DNA of 64,000 nucleotides. Source: Octopus sinensis. Lineage: Eukaryota. The stretch spans positions 24,800,001-24,864,000 of the forward strand of contig NC_043007.1 in NCBI RefSeq assembly GCF_006345805.1. The letters run 5' to 3'. Made by a program: the position numbers and the translations under genes. Positions 39,380 to 53,604 of this stretch are shown here, in pieces (the first letter of the stretch is position 1; every line of letters starts with the position of its first letter). The notes beneath the pieces were generated by a model that had not been told where the DNA came from, did not search any database, and saw only the letters and a program-made list of their open reading frames with translations.

Positions 39380-40507
39380 CTATGGGGAATGAAAAAGACG
39401 AGACAGAGAGTGAGAGAGTAAATTAAGAATATTTGTTTTTTACAGAATGGTTTATGTTGGAATCAGTAGGGAAAAGGACAGTTACACCAGCAATGATTGG
39501 AGTTCATTTCTATGTAACCAGCATCTTATAAAGCAATACAACAACAAACGGTCGATATAAGAGATAATGGGGGCCATTGTATGTACATTCTTAGGCAAAT
39601 TTATTCAAGAACATAATGCCATAATGGATATATGGTGTAACTTTGTGCTGTCTTTGATATTTCCTGATTGTCATGCAGACCTTTACATGAAAGAAAGAAA
39701 TTTCAAAAAAAATAAAAAATGTAAAAGAGATCATATAAAAAAAAAGTACAAAACAGAAAATAAATTAAACATACAAAAAAAAAATTTCATCCATAATAAC
39801 AACTCTACAGAACTGATGGCGTCCATATAACAGAAGAATTTGTCTAATATTCTTCAGATTCTACTTAATTATCTACAAAAAGGACGGTTAATATAATTCT
39901 ATTCAATATCAGCTTTAGTTGTCTATTTACAATGCTATTGTCTGTGTTATGTGTTCAAAAGTCTGGTTCTATTACGGTTCCAATTCTGGTTCTCTGACGT
40001 ATAATGAAATCCTTGCTTGGGAATACATGAGTAGACAGAGTAGTTTAGTAGCTTTAATATTCCATTAGTGTTTTCTGTGTTTTTTTCTTTTATATTTTGT
40101 TCTGTATTTATAGCCAGACATGTTGTTCTTGGTGCTGTTTAGCCCCGGGTTAATCCTGAACAAGTAGTCTTATGATCGATGGCGTTCAAGCTTTTAAAAT
40201 TCCTGAAAGCAATGCTTAGATAAAACGAATTACCCAATTTTTTATTCAGACATAGTTTACTTGGATCTACATTAACCAACGTGTTCTTCCTAAAATCAAT
40301 TTGAGGAAAATTAGGTTGCTATTTCTAGAAGGTTGTGCGACCCTACAAAGGCTTCCTTTTTGGTGGCTATAACTGTTAGTGTTGTTTAACACCTGGTTAT
40401 TTTATTATAAGGAGTTTGCTTCCAAACCACATGGTTGGGATCCATCCATCTCTTCATCCTCCCACCAGTCCATCCATCTGTCTGTATATATGTATAAAGT
40501 CAAAAGT

Positions 40508-40890
40508 GGAGGCGCAATGGCCCAGTTGTTAGGGCAGCGGACTCATGGTCATAGGATCGCGGTTTCGATTCCCAGACCGGGCGGTGTGAGTGTTTATTGA
40601 GCGAAAACACCTAAAGCTCCACGAGGCTCCGGCAGGGGATGGTGGTGATCCCTGCTGTACTCTTTCACCACAACTTTCTCTCACTCTTACTTCCTGTTTC
40701 TGTTGTACCTGTATTTCAAAGGACTGGCCTTGTCACTCTCTGTGTCACGCTGAATATCCCCGAGAACTACGTTAAGGGTACACGTGTCTGTGGAGTGCTC
40801 AGCCACTTACAAGTTAATTTCACGAGCAGGCTGTTCCGTTGATTCGGATCAACCGGAACCCTCGTCATCGTAACCGACGGAGTGCTTCCA
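40508..40890 (+). mobile_element. tRNA-derived SINE, young family (octopus OR-type by recollection)
   Basis: A box TGGCCCAGTTG, B box GTTTCGATTCC; TSD ATAAAGT.AAAA; near-identical copies at 47197-47579 and 57818-58200. Confidence 0.9.
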
Positions 40891-41954
40891 GCCCCATAAA
40901 GTGAAAATCAAAGTAAAATTCAATGACGGGCACGAGCACCATATGAGCGTGATCGTTGACAGAGCAGCTAACCGGCTTCCGTGCCAGTGGCACATAAAAG
41001 GCACCATTCGAATGTGATCATTACCAGCTTCGCCTTACTGGCACTTGTGCCCCGTGCTAGTAGGGTGCTAAGAGCACCATCCGAGTGTGGTCATTGCCAG
41101 AGCTGCTAACTGGCTTCCGTGCCGGTGGCATGTAAGAGGCACCATTCGAGCGGGATCGTTACCAGCATCGCCTTACTGGCACCTGTGCCGTTGCCATGTG
41201 TAAAAAGATTCGAGCAAGGCCGTTGCCAGTACCGCCTGACTGGCCCCCAAGGCGGTGGCACGTAAAAGCACCCACTACACTCTCGGAGTGGTTGGCAATA
41301 GGAAGGGCATCCAGCTGTAGAAACTCAGCCAGATCAAGATTGGAGTCTGGTGCAGCCATCAGGTTCACTAGCCCTCAGTCAAATCGTCCAGCCCATGCTA
41401 GCATGGAAAGCGGACGTTAAACGATGATGATGATGATGATTTCTTTTCTCTCTCTCTCTCTCTCTCCTGCTGTCTGTCTTTGTTACCCTCCTCCCACTGT
41501 CACATAGTCGGTGACAGCCTAACGCGGTTGGTCCTGATTTTCTGAGCCCCTTGCTCTACCCCTCCCATGTTTATAGCCCTTTAGGACAGCTTTCATTTCT
41601 CCTTTGCATTTCCCATTTTTGTCTTGTCTTGCAGCCCTAAGGTTTCTTTACTGTATATGTCTTCATGTGGCCCTAAGCCTTTATTCTGTTTATTGTTTTG
41701 TCCCTTGTCTATTTACTATTGGTCTCGTCTTGTTATATTTTGGTCCCGTTCCCAGCAAGTTTCTTGCCGGTGCCTCCAGAGTGGAAGCAATATTATCAAT
41801 AATGGCCGAAATTGCACTTTGACCCTCTGGCCAATAACTGAAGAAGAGTTGGTGACCTTCTGTGTTTTCTGTTCATTTGTGTATTTAGTCACGTGTGTAC
41901 TGTTGGCAATTTTTTTCCTCCGTCTTCCCTTCCTTGGATCTTTCCTTTTTCTAT

Positions 41955-41990
41955 GTTCCTGACAAAGAGCTCCGCTCGAAACGTTAAATC
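41955..41990 (+). ncRNA. Minimal hammerhead motif (core decayed to CTGACAA) in a Penelope-like pLTR ~41500-42090
   Basis: CTGACAA-A-GAGCtccGCTC-GAAACGTT; same family as 23015-23230. Confidence 0.6.
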
Positions 41991-42516
41991 CTCCTTCTTT
42001 CTTTCCTTTCCTGAGCGTCCAATAACACTATACTTGTTCCACGTCCTCGCATTGTTGTGTTTTCTCTTTGTGTTTTCATGTCTGGATTAACAATATATAT
42101 ATATACATACACACACACACACACAGGTATGTCATATTTTCTGTTTGTTGTCTTTTTATTTAATCCTGAAAATAACATGTATGTATGTATGTATGTATGT
42201 ATGTATATAATGTATGTATGTATGTATGCATGTGAGTATGAGTGTGTATCTCCTTGCCTGTACGTCTGTGAGTATGCGTGTATCTCCTTGTCTTGAGATC
42301 ACGATCATATGATAGTTGTAAATGAATATCACTGTCATACAAGCAGTGTCATTCATTTCCAATATTCTGTGAATATATATGTCTGGCTAATGGGAAAATA
42401 TTGCCTTACTTAGAAACAGGTAACTTTTGGAGATAAGAAGGGTATCAAGCCAGAGGGTCAGTTTCAATGAACTCAGTTCGACCCATGCAAGCAAAGTATA
42501 GTGGACATTAAAAACA

Positions 42517-42548
<32 letters not shown>

Positions 42549-42898
42549 GGTGGTGGTGGTTGCCATCATCATCACCATCACCAATTTGTCCGTTTATAAA
42601 CATAACGACGATCACAATATCACCGATACATCTGAAAGTCTCAGACAGCAGGTAAGTACTTCTTTTGCTAATGTGCCAATGGCTTTGGGGTTCCCCAGCT
42701 TCTCTCTTCTCCTCCTGTCTGCTTCTGCCTTGCTCAGACACCATGATACTTTTGCTATTAGACTGCATCAGAAAGCTTTCTCAGCAGTAAAGCTCTCCTA
42801 GGTCTCTAGATTAGTTCTAAAGTCTTTTAGAAAACCTTTGAGACTACTTTGTATCATCCATGATAATAATAATAATTAGAATAATAATAATAATAATG

Positions 42899-42929
<31 letters not shown>

Positions 42930-42950
42930 CAACAATAACAATAATAATAA

Positions 42951-43526
42951 TGACAGAGTTGGGATCTATATACACTGGAAGCTATGCCAACACTACAGAA
43001 TAACAGGAAAATGATGGTATAGTCACACGCCAGAAAAGGTCACAGAAAATAAGAAAGCAACCACACACTGGGATATGCCAATACACACAGATAGAGAAAT
43101 TAAGGCCAATAGGCCGGATATAGTTGTCAGAGATCATCAAGAAAAAAAAAGCAGTTTTCTAATTGATGTATCAATACCAACAGATGACAATGTTTCTCTA
43201 AAAGAAACGGAGAAACTTTCAAAATACAATGATCTGGAAATAGAAGTAACTCAAATGTGGAGTCTAAAAACAGAAATAATTCCTATCAAAGTAGGTGCAT
43301 TAGGTATGATAAAAAAATATTCAGACAAATACATAACAAAAACAGGACTTACAAGTATATATAACATACAAAAAAAAAGCACTACTAGGCACTGCACACA
43401 TCCTATGTAAAACACATTCAATACAGTAAAAATAAGAGCACCACATCAAACCACAGCACATACCCAAGGCACACAGAGCTGCGCTCGGTAGTGCAGTAAA
43501 AGTATGTGATAAAAATAAGACTACTG
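42951..43526 (+). mobile_element. R4/Dong-like non-LTR retrotransposon 3' fragment (RLE domain) inside (TAA)n
   Basis: IHWKLCQHY..WDMPIHTDREIKANRPDIVV..LIDVSIP..EKLSKYNDL..PIKVGALG (PD..D RLE motif); TAA repeats on both sides. Confidence 0.88.
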
Positions 43527-43529
43527 AAT

Positions 43530-43573
<44 letters not shown>

Positions 43574-43935
43574 TAATAATAATAAAAATTTTGGAACAAG
43601 GGCAGTTATTTGTGGGGAGTAAGTCGATTACATTGATCCCCACTGTTCAATTTATTTTTATTGAATTTGAAAGGGTGAAAGTCAGTCAACCGCAGCAGAA
43701 TTTGAACTCAAAGGCAAAGATGGAAGAAATGTCACTAAGTATTTTGCTTGATATGCTAACAGTTCTGCCAGGTAACTGCCTTCAGCAGCAGCAGCAACAG
43801 CAGCAGTAGCAGTAGTAGTAGTAGTAATTTATTTCTTTATTGCTCACAGGGGGCTAAACATAGAGGGGACAAACAAGGACAGACAATGGGATTAAGTTGA
43901 TTAGATCAACCCCAGTGATTAACTGGTACTTATTC

Positions 43936-43986
<51 letters not shown>

Positions 43987-44274
43987 TCTTTCGGCTAGAG
44001 GCACAAGGTCTGAAATTTTGGGGGAGGGGGGGACTAGTCGATTACATCAACCCCAGTGTTCAACTGGTACTTATTTTATCAACCTCCGAAAGGATGAAAG
44101 GCAAAGTCGACCTTGGTGGAATTTGAACTCAGAACAGAGCAAAAGGCAAAAGACCACTAAGCGTTTTGACCGGCGTGCTAAAGATTCTCCCAGCTTGCCA
44201 CCTTTAATAATAACAACAACAACAACAACAACAGCAACGGCAGCAATAGCAACAACAACAACAACAATACGTAC

Positions 44275-44805
44275 TTTACACAGGTGCACCCAATCTGTGA
44301 TGCACCTCTCTCGGAATGCCGATGTGAAGGGTCCCAAATAGGCAATCACTCCAGCAGATATCAATATATCTCCTATCAGGTTATCATAAGTATCTTGCAA
44401 AGAATTAGCTGCTGCAATCCACCTGTCTTTTTCCCCACCAAGGCCACCAATCAGTTTCTCAGCTCGTGTTAATTTTTTGCCACACAAGTCAACTTCATTT
44501 TCCAGGTTCATTTTTCTTTCTTTGGTTTCTCTAAATGAATCTTTCAAGTCAGCCAGCCGTTTCTCGATAGCTTTTAATTCATTTTGCTTTGCTTTCAGGT
44601 TGGCCATGGTCATCTTCAGGCTACTTTCGGCTTCGGCTAGTTTCACCTTTTTAGGAGCAACAGCCTTGTTAACTTTGTCGTAGATTGTCATGGCAGAAAT
44701 CCAACGACACAAACCTTCGGCTGCCGAGGAAGCCTTGGCCACTTTAGCTGGGTCAAACTCAGGATTGGTCAGATACTCGTTCCGGATCTTAAGCATGATA
44801 TGAGG
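44275..44805 (-). CDS. DNAH12: DNAH12-like exon 6; MTBD end and stalk CC2
   Basis: tttcag|CCT..AAA|gtacgt; PHIMLKIRNEYLTNPEFDPAKVAKASSAAEGLCRW...LIGGLGGEKDRW...AYLGPFTSAFRERCITDWVHLCK; 531 nt, phase 0-0. Confidence 0.97.
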
Positions 44806-45790
44806 CTGAAAGAAATAAATTAGTCCGTCAGAAAATATTGACATTTATAGTGTAAACCAAATAAAAACAAGATCATTAATCATTTTTATCTTTTACTTGT
44901 TTCAGTCATTGGACTGCAGCCATACAGGGGCGCAGCCCTGAAGGGTTTAGTTAAACAAATCAACCCCAGTACTTATTTTTTTATGCCTGATTCTTATTCT
45001 ATTGGTGTCTTTTTGCTGAACTGCTAAGTTACAATGATGTAAACAAACTAGCATTTGCTGTTAAGCAGTGGATGGAGGACAAACACAAACACACAAACAT
45101 GTGCACACGTACAGACACACCATGCATGCAACACACACACAAACATACACACAAATACAGAGTTCTGTATACACTGTTTCTGTCCACCAAATTCACCTCA
45201 CAAGACATTGGTCAGCTTGGGACAATAGTAGAAGACACCTGAAACCATATGATTGTAAAGCAAACTTCTTATCCACACAGCTGTGCCTCAGCTTCTTTTG
45301 TGGCTTCTCTAAGTTACACATTTAGGGATGAAATACTTATATCAGGGAGTTTTCTTCTCTGAAGACCCTCTGTTCTTCAACTCAGCCTGGAGATTCTTAC
45401 TTCTTATCTTGGACTCATGTTTAAAAAGCGTTTGGTTAAAATTAACTTTTTAGCATTCAGACTACTCTGTCTAATGTAATGCTTTGGTTTTAGGAAGGCA
45501 TCCAGCCATAGGAACCATGTCAAAACAGGCATTTGGAGCCCGAGCAGCTCCTGTCAAACTGTTCAAACCAGACATTAAATCATTATCATCATTATCCTCA
45601 TGCTAATGATGGTGATGATTGTTTTGAGTTGTAGGTTCAAGATTTTAATATGGGATTATTAATTTTTAGAATGTCATTGTAGGGTAGGTGTGAGAGGCTG
45701 ACTCTTGCCAGGTTTGATCATGAAACAGGTTGAATATTATGTGATAATATTATGTGAAGATAACATCAGCTGTCAGTACCAACTCCTTAA

Positions 45791-46009
45791 CCCTTTAGTA
45801 TTTAAACCGGCCATATCCAGCCAAAATAGCTAATCTGTTTTATGTTCAAACTGACCAGGTCCAGGCTCTCACACCTACCCTACAATGTTATTCTACATTA
45901 AGTAATTACACCATCAACATCTTGAAGATATGAGATAATGCATGATTAATTCAAATCAATGGGAATCAATAGGCATTATGTTTGATTGAATAATCTGAAC
46001 ACTAAAGGG
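45791..46009. mobile_element. piggyBac-like MITE, second copy in opposite orientation
   Basis: TTAA|CCCTTTAGT...ACTAAAGGG|TTAA; internal sequence matches the reverse complement of 57018-57237. Confidence 0.88.
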
Positions 46010-47196
46010 TTAAACCTGCTAGTAATGGCACAAGAGTAGGTGCTGAAAGTTGGCCTGAGAAGCAGCTGAAGTTTCTAGAAGCTGTTGCTTCAACATTGTT
46101 AAGGTCAGAGATAAGGTGCTGATTGTGAAAGTGCACAAGCAAGCGTTTTTGTAAAAACTCTTCATTTCCTGGAAGAACCATACTGAGGAGGCCAATGAGA
46201 GAAAGAGATGAAAATATACTGAGGGGGTGGAGTTATGTCGAAACAATGGATGGGATGCAAGGTGAGAGCCCATTAAGGTAAGATGCAGAGAGTCCAAAGG
46301 CCAGTACCCTCTGCAGTGTGTGTGTGTGTGTGAGAGAGCTTGAGTGTGTGTGAGTGCATGAGTGTGTATGTGTGTATGCATGTTTCTTAAAATTAATCTT
46401 TTACTTGTTTCAGTCACTGAATTGTGACCATGCTGGGGCACTACCTTGAAGGGTTTTAGTTGAACAAATTGACCCCAATACTTATGCTTGATATTTGTTA
46501 AAGTCTGGTACCTATTCTATTGGTCTGTTTTGCTAAACCAAGTCACGAAGATATAAACAAACCAACACTGGTTGTCAAACAGCAGTGGAGGGGTTAAAAC
46601 ATAGACACAAAGATAAACACACACCTACACACACACATTTCATCGTTTTTCATCGTTTAACATCTGCCTTCAAGGCTAGCATGGGTGGGGCAGTTTCAAA
46701 AGAGCTGGCCAGGCTGAAGCCTGCACCAGACTTCTATGACTGTTTTGGCAGGATTTTTACAGCTGGATGCCCTTCCTAACACCAACCACTCAGCAGAGTG
46801 GACTTAGTGCTTCTAACGTGGCACAAGAAGAGGTGAGGTGAGTAGTGCTTTTTACGTCGCACAAGCACAAGTGAGGTCAGTTCCGGCAAGGTTTTTACAG
46901 CTGGATGCCCTTCTGAACATCAACCACTTTACAGTGTTGGCTGGGTGCTTTTAAGTGGCACCTGCACTGACAGGGTCACCAAGTACTTGCAAGACAAAAA
47001 AAAAAAATATATGATATATATATGTATACAGCACACACACACAATAGGTTCCCATAGTTTCTGTCAATCAAATTCATTCACAAAACACTGTTTGAAGACA
47101 CTTGCCCAAGGTACCACATAGTGAGACTGAACCCCAACTCCACATGGTTACAGAGTGAGCTTCTTAACTACACAGCCATGCCTGTGCTTGTATGGA

Positions 47197-47579
47197 TGGA
47201 AGCACTCCGTCACTTACGACGATGAGGGTTCTGGTTGATCCGAATCAACGGAACAGCCTGCTCGTGAAATTAACGTGTAAGTGGCTGAGCACTCCACAGA
47301 CACGTGTACCCTTAACGTAGTTCTCGGGGATATTCAGCATGACACAGAGAGTGACAAGGCCGGCCCTTTGAAATACAGGTACACCAGAAACAGGAAGTAA
47401 GAGTGGGAGAAAGTTGTGGTGAAAGAGTACAGCAGGGATCACCACCATCCCCTGCTGGAGCCTCGTGGAGCTTTAGGTGTTTTCGCTCAATAAACACTCA
47501 CAACGCCCGGTCTGGGAATCGAAACCGCGATCCTACGATCACAAGTCCGCTGCCCTAACCACTGGGCCATTGCGCCTCC
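47197..47579 (-). mobile_element. tRNA-derived SINE, same young family
   Basis: Reverse complement of 40508-40890; 11-bp TSD TGTGCTTGTAT at 47183 and 47582. Confidence 0.9.
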
Positions 47580-47688
47580 ATTGTGCTTGTATAAGGAGTA
47601 TATTTTCCCAACAAAAATAGGAAACAAAAAAAATTCAGAAAATTGAAATTAAAAGTACGCAGAATCTTAGAAAAGCTCGTCAACCTAC

Positions 47689-47778
47689 CGGAATATTATC
47701 TTTATCATAATCTCGTAACTGATTTAAGAATGAAATGTCTCCTAACAGCTTCTTTGATGGGCCCCAGTAATCCAGAGT
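47689..47778 (-). CDS. DNAH12: DNAH12-like exon 5; MTBD
   Basis: acacag|ACT..CCG|gtaggt; TLDYWGPSKKLLGDISFLNQLRDYDKDNIP; 90 nt. Confidence 0.95.
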
Positions 47779-48739
47779 CTGTGTAAGAAAATTAATGGTA
47801 AAACATCATTAACAATGGAATGGACACATGGAAAAGATAATTAATCAATGAGATGGAAGAGATACATTAGATAATGTGAACATCATAGGTGAACATGATT
47901 GGTAAACACTATTAGTGTTCACTGATGGTGGCAGTGTTTGTAAAGATATTAGTAACAATAGTAGTAGTGGTGATGATGGTCTTTAGTGAACATCATCAAT
48001 GAACAGCATCAGCAGATAGGGTCAATGAACAGTATCAGTAAAGTATGATCAGTAAACACCATTAGAGAAATTACATCAATGAACACCAAGTACATCACGG
48101 TCAGTGAACGACATCAGGAATAATCATCAGTGAACAACATTGATAAACACTATCAGTGAACACTGATGGTGGTGATGTTTGTAAAAGTGATGTTAGTAGT
48201 AACAGAAGTGGGGGTCATGGTGATGTTTGTATTAATACTGCTAATGGTAGTAGCAGCAGCAGCTGCAACAGTAGTTGTATTGGTGGTGGTAGTTATGATG
48301 ATGTTAATAGTACCAGTAGTGGTGGTGGTGGTGGTGGATGTGTGTGTGTAGTATTTGCATGACATGTTGCTGCCATCATGTGACCTCAGAATATATTTGA
48401 GTCAAGAACATCTCACACACACATGCATGCATGCATGCACACACAGGCACACATATGCATGTGTGCACACACACACACACACATACACAAACAAACAGAT
48501 GCAGACATCCATGCAAACTGAGGGACAGAAAGATGTATAGACAAAGAGAAACAGACACACAGACAGAAATATAGATATAGGCATATACAGACAGACAGAC
48601 ACATACACACACAGACACACACACATACACACACACACATAAAGACAGACAGACAAGCATGCACAAAAACATAAACATACACACATACATGCACACACAA
48701 GCATGCAAATACACACATGCAAATGTGCATCTGCATGCA

Positions 48740-49960
48740 CACACACACGGATTAACATGCATAGAGATTGACACAGATATACACACACCTGAATACACAC
48801 ACACACACAAACAAAGACAGACAGATGAACATACACATACCCAAACACATGCAAATACACACATGTACATGTGCGTCTGTATGCACAGACACGCATGGAC
48901 TAACATGCATAGAGACTGACACAGATATACACACACATGAATGCAAACACACACACACACACACACACACATGGATTAACATGCATAGAGATTGACACAG
49001 ATATACACACACATGAATGCAAACACACACACACATACACATGAATGCAAACACACACACACACACACACACATGGATTAACATGCATAGAGATTGACAC
49101 AGATATACACACACATGAATGCAAACACACACACACACACACACACATGGATTAACATGCATAGAGATGAAGAAGACATACAGATATAACACCCACATGG
49201 ATGCAACACACCCACACACATACACATGAATGCAAACACACACACACACACAACATGGATTAACATGCATAGAGATTGACACAGATATACACACACATGG
49301 ATGCAAACACACACACACACACAGGATTAACATGCATAGAGATTGACACAGATATACACACACATGGATGCAAACACACACACACACATGGATTACATGC
49401 ATAGAGATTGACACAGATATACACAACATGGATGCAACACACACACACATACACATGAATGCAAACACACACACACACACACACACATGGATTAACATGC
49501 ATAGAGATTGACACAGATATACACACACATGGATGCAAACACACACACACACACACATGGATTAACATGCATAGAGATTGACACAGATATACACACACAT
49601 GGATGCAAACACACACACACATACACATGAATGCAAACACACACACACACACACACACATGGATTAACATGCATAGAGATTGACACAGATATACAAACAC
49701 ATGGATGCAAACACACACACACATACACATGAATGCAAACACACACACACACACACACACATGGATTAACATGCATAGTGATTGACACACACACACATAC
49801 ACATGGATGCAAACACACACACGAAGAAAGACAGATGAACATACACAAAGGCAGACATACACATACACATACCCACACACATGCAAATACACACACGTAC
49901 GTGTGTCCGTATGCACGGACATGCATGGACTAACATGCATAGAGACTGACACAGACACAC
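48740..49960. repeat. Compound minisatellite CATGGATTAACATGCATAGAGATTGACACAGATATA + variable (CA)n
   Basis: More than 15 units, direct inspection. Confidence 0.95.
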
Positions 49961-50582
49961 ACATGAATGCGAACACACACAAAGAAATAGGAAGACACAA
50001 GCCAGGAGAGACACCCAAGCACCGAGACAAACAGACAGCCAGGCAGAGAGAGAGAAACAGACAAACACATCTACGCAACACAATAGAGTCAATGAGAGCA
50101 GCAACAGAGTTCAGACAGGCATTCAACATTCACTTGGAATTCACTTTTAACTGTGCTTGTACAGCTTGTTAGTAGCACTGCTGCAGCTAAATGCACAGCA
50201 ATAGTATCTACTATATACTAAAGTAGTACTATCATATATTAAAGGGTATATCACAGTCGTAATTAAAGAGATGTGTACCGATTCCAGAGAAAGCACAAGA
50301 CACCTGGTAAAATGCTACAACAGCTTCATGTGTTAGATTTAATACTTTTGTTGTTATAAGACAAATAGTATTGGTATGTTGAGATATTTATACAGAGTGG
50401 TGTGTCTTGTCTAAGGTTTAACACTTTCGTTGTTATAAAACTGATAGTGTTGGAGATGTTGATGTCAGTATATAGAGTGGTGTGACTTGTTTAAGGATTA
50501 ACATTTTGTTACAATACTAATGGTATTATAATTTTTTCTTTTATCTGTCACACACACACACACACAAACACACAAACACACA

Positions 50583-50633
<51 letters not shown>

Positions 50634-50992
50634 GCTTCCGTAGTTTCTGCCAATCAAATTAATTCACAAAGCACTGTCTGAAGACACTTGCCCAAGATAC
50701 CACATGGTGTGGATGAACCCAAGACCCACATGGTTGCAAAGTGAGCTTCTTAACCACACGACCGCTGTGTTACTTGTTTCAGTCACTGGACAGTGACCAT
50801 GCTGGGGCACGTTTTTTTTTTCTTCTTCTTAAAGCCTGGTATATTTCTATTGGTCACTTTCAATGAATCACAAAGCTTCAGGGATGTAAACAAACCAATT
50901 CTAAGTGTCAAATAGTGGTGGAGGACAAACACAAATACAAAAGACACATGCCCATACAAGTAAATAATACAAACACACACACACATATATAT

Positions 50993-51037
<45 letters not shown>

Positions 51038-51094
51038 CACATACATACAAACATCAACATAAGGAACGATGGTGGAAAATTCCCTTCAAAACAT

Positions 51095-51435
51095 CTGTCA
51101 AGTGTAAGCATAACAGGCCAGATATTGTTGTTAGGGATTGACAAGAACAAATATGTACCATCATACAGCTCAACTGTTTCTGTTGAAGTGAATATCTCTT
51201 TAAAAATCAAAGAGGAAGAGGATAACTATGGACAACTGCATTGAAACCATCAGCTTCTATATGCAGATTACAAATTCACATTTATACCAATAATAATTGG
51301 TGCACTTGTATTTGTGAGTAAATGCTTAAGTGCCAGTCTGGGTAAGCTGGGATTTTCAGTAAAACTACATCACACATTACAAATACAATCTGTAAGTGGA
51401 ACAGTAAAAATATACAAGATTTTTCTCAAGTTTAA
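51095..51435 (+). mobile_element. RLE-domain non-LTR retrotransposon fragment (CRE/R4-like)
   Basis: CKHNRPDIVVRD...NISLKIKEEEDNYGQL..FTFIPIIIGALVFV..LQIQSVSGTVKIYKIFLKF with stops and a frameshift. Confidence 0.75.
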
Positions 51436-51504
51436 TATGTGATATTGTCTTTGTTATCTGCATGATGGAGCTTTCTATCTTTGTTAGAAACCAGCTCCTT
51501 GCTC

Positions 51505-51835
51505 AGACTTACTTTGTACTTGTGATGGTATTTACCCAGGGTGGGTTGAGCCAGCTTCTTCTCTGTTCCTAACGGCATCACGAACCATGGCGGCCCATGC
51601 TCGATGGTCCTGTGTGAGGTCACTGGAGATAGCAAGCCATTCGCAGTTCCATCTGCACAGACTGACCACCTGCGGACCTGAGAGCTCGGAGAGGTCCTCC
51701 TTTATCATCGTTGCCCAAGTCTTCAGCTGCCCGCCTGCACGTTTGTGCCAGCTGGGAAGTGGAGGTGGGAGGAGGACATCGTGAATCAGCTCACCCTCTG
51801 GACACTGAGCCTCATGACCGAACCACCTTAAGCAC
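51505..51835 (-). mobile_element. RTE-clade LINE 3' end
   Basis: LRWFGHEAQCPEGELIHDVLLPPPLPSWHKRAGGQLKTWATMIKEDL..DLTQDHRAWAAMVRDAV..*. Confidence 0.85.
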
Positions 51836-52669
51836 CGTTGTAGAAGTACCGAAGGGAGGGGCCAGAGATTCAGGCGACAACGAAGAGGAAGAAGTTAAAT
51901 AATTCAAAACAGAAGAGAAAACACACACATACTCACATACTTACATATATGTATATGACTGGCCACTTTCAGTTTCCAGCTACCAAATCTGCTCATAATG
52001 CTTTGGTTGGCTTGGAGCTCTTATAGATACTTGCTCAAGGTACCATGCTATAGGATTGAACCTGCAACCATCTGGTTGAGAAGTAGACTTCTTGCCACAC
52101 AGCCACACTTGCCTTTCTGTTGATGTATTTATATAGTGGTGTGCCTTGTCTAAAAATTAACACTTTGGCTACCATAATACTTATGGTATGAGATACTGGT
52201 GGTATAGTTTGTCTAAGATTTATGACTTTAGTTATCAGACTACTGTTGGTTTGTCAGTTATTATATGTATGCATAGAGTGTCCATGAGCCTCAAAATAAT
52301 ATCAGAGGATATCTTTATTCATGTAGCAATCACAAAAGCAACATGATGGGAAGTGTCAACACATATGTTAAGAAGAAGACTATTACTGTGCAAAATGCAT
52401 GCATACACACATATATGTACATGCACACCTATACACACACACACACGATGATGGCCTTATCTTGTCATAAGGACAGTTGTCTCAAATACATACATACATA
52501 TAAACAAAAACACCTTTTTGTTGATGTTGAAATTCCAATGAAGGAGCCTTGGATCTAGGTTAGAAACCAGTTCTTTCTCTAGTGGCAAGAAATCTTGAAA
52601 TAAACTGAATACACACACACACATGTAAATATATGCATACATACAAGCAAAGAGATGTAGAGGCCTTAC

Positions 52670-52798
52670 CCTTCTGCCGGTGCTTGCATCTGCTATCCTC
52701 TCTGGTTTAATATCCCTCATGACACAGACAGCAGCCATGACCAGCTTCACACCAGCAGGAGGACTCTTCATGGATTTTACAATTGTGATATCAGCCGG
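52670..52798 (-). CDS. DNAH12: DNAH12-like exon 4; microtubule-binding domain
   Basis: ttgcag|CCG..AGG|gtaagg; PADITIVKSMKSPPAGVKLVMAAVCVMRDIKPERIADASTGRR; 129 nt. Confidence 0.96.
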
Positions 52799-53604
52799 CT
52801 GCAATAAATTGAATTTTTCCCTATAAGTTTAGAATTATATTCCCTACTATATATATATATATAGGGAGAATTCACAAAAAAACAACAAAGTCAGGTGGTG
52901 TAGACAACAAACAGATGTATTAGTTTCATGCATTAGTTTCTAATTTGTAACTTTTTATTATCGGTTAATTCTAATTCTTCAGTTAATTTTAAAATTTTCA
53001 ATTATTTTAACTTTTTGATTTTGCCGAACCACTAAGTAACGGGGACATAAACACACCAGCATCGGTTGTCAAGCAATGCTAGGAGGACAAACACAGAGAC
53101 AAACACACACATATATATATATACATATATACAACGGGCTTCTTTCAGTTTCCGTCTATCAAATCCACTCACAAGGCTTTGGTCGGCCCGAGGCTATAGT
53201 AGAAGACACTTGCCCAAGGTGCCACGCAGTGGGACTGAACCTGGAACCATGTGGTTGGTAAACAAGCTACCTACCACACAGCCACTCCTGCGCCTATTAC
53301 CTAATAGTTTTTCAAATTATTATTATTATTATCATTATTTTTCAATTTTATTTAAGTAATACCCAGAGGAGACATTTTCTTCCCATTGGCAGTGCAAATA
53401 TTGTTTCCATGTTTGTAATTGAATTATGACAACTGAAGAAGTGCAGCAATCACCATGTTGTAGACATAGAAACTTGAAGTTATGTATGTGAGTCTTTAAA
53501 GCTGCATCATTCAACATACATACTTATATACATACATACACACATATACATACATTTATATGATGTACCTCTGTAAAGTTTCCTTATCCCAAATTCCATT
53601 CATA

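Noticed and set aside
40590-40842. Identical small ORFs repeated three times (MFIERKHLKL.., MVVIPAVLF..)
   Set aside because: They are incidental ORFs within copies of a young SINE.
48740-49960. CRISPR-like repeat-spacer array
   Set aside because: The spacers are only (CA)n of variable length rather than unique sequences; the context is eukaryotic and there are no cas genes.
48376-50172. Long Cys/Val-rich ORFs (up to 289 aa)
   Set aside because: They are translations of the (TG)n minisatellite, with no splice or codon evidence.
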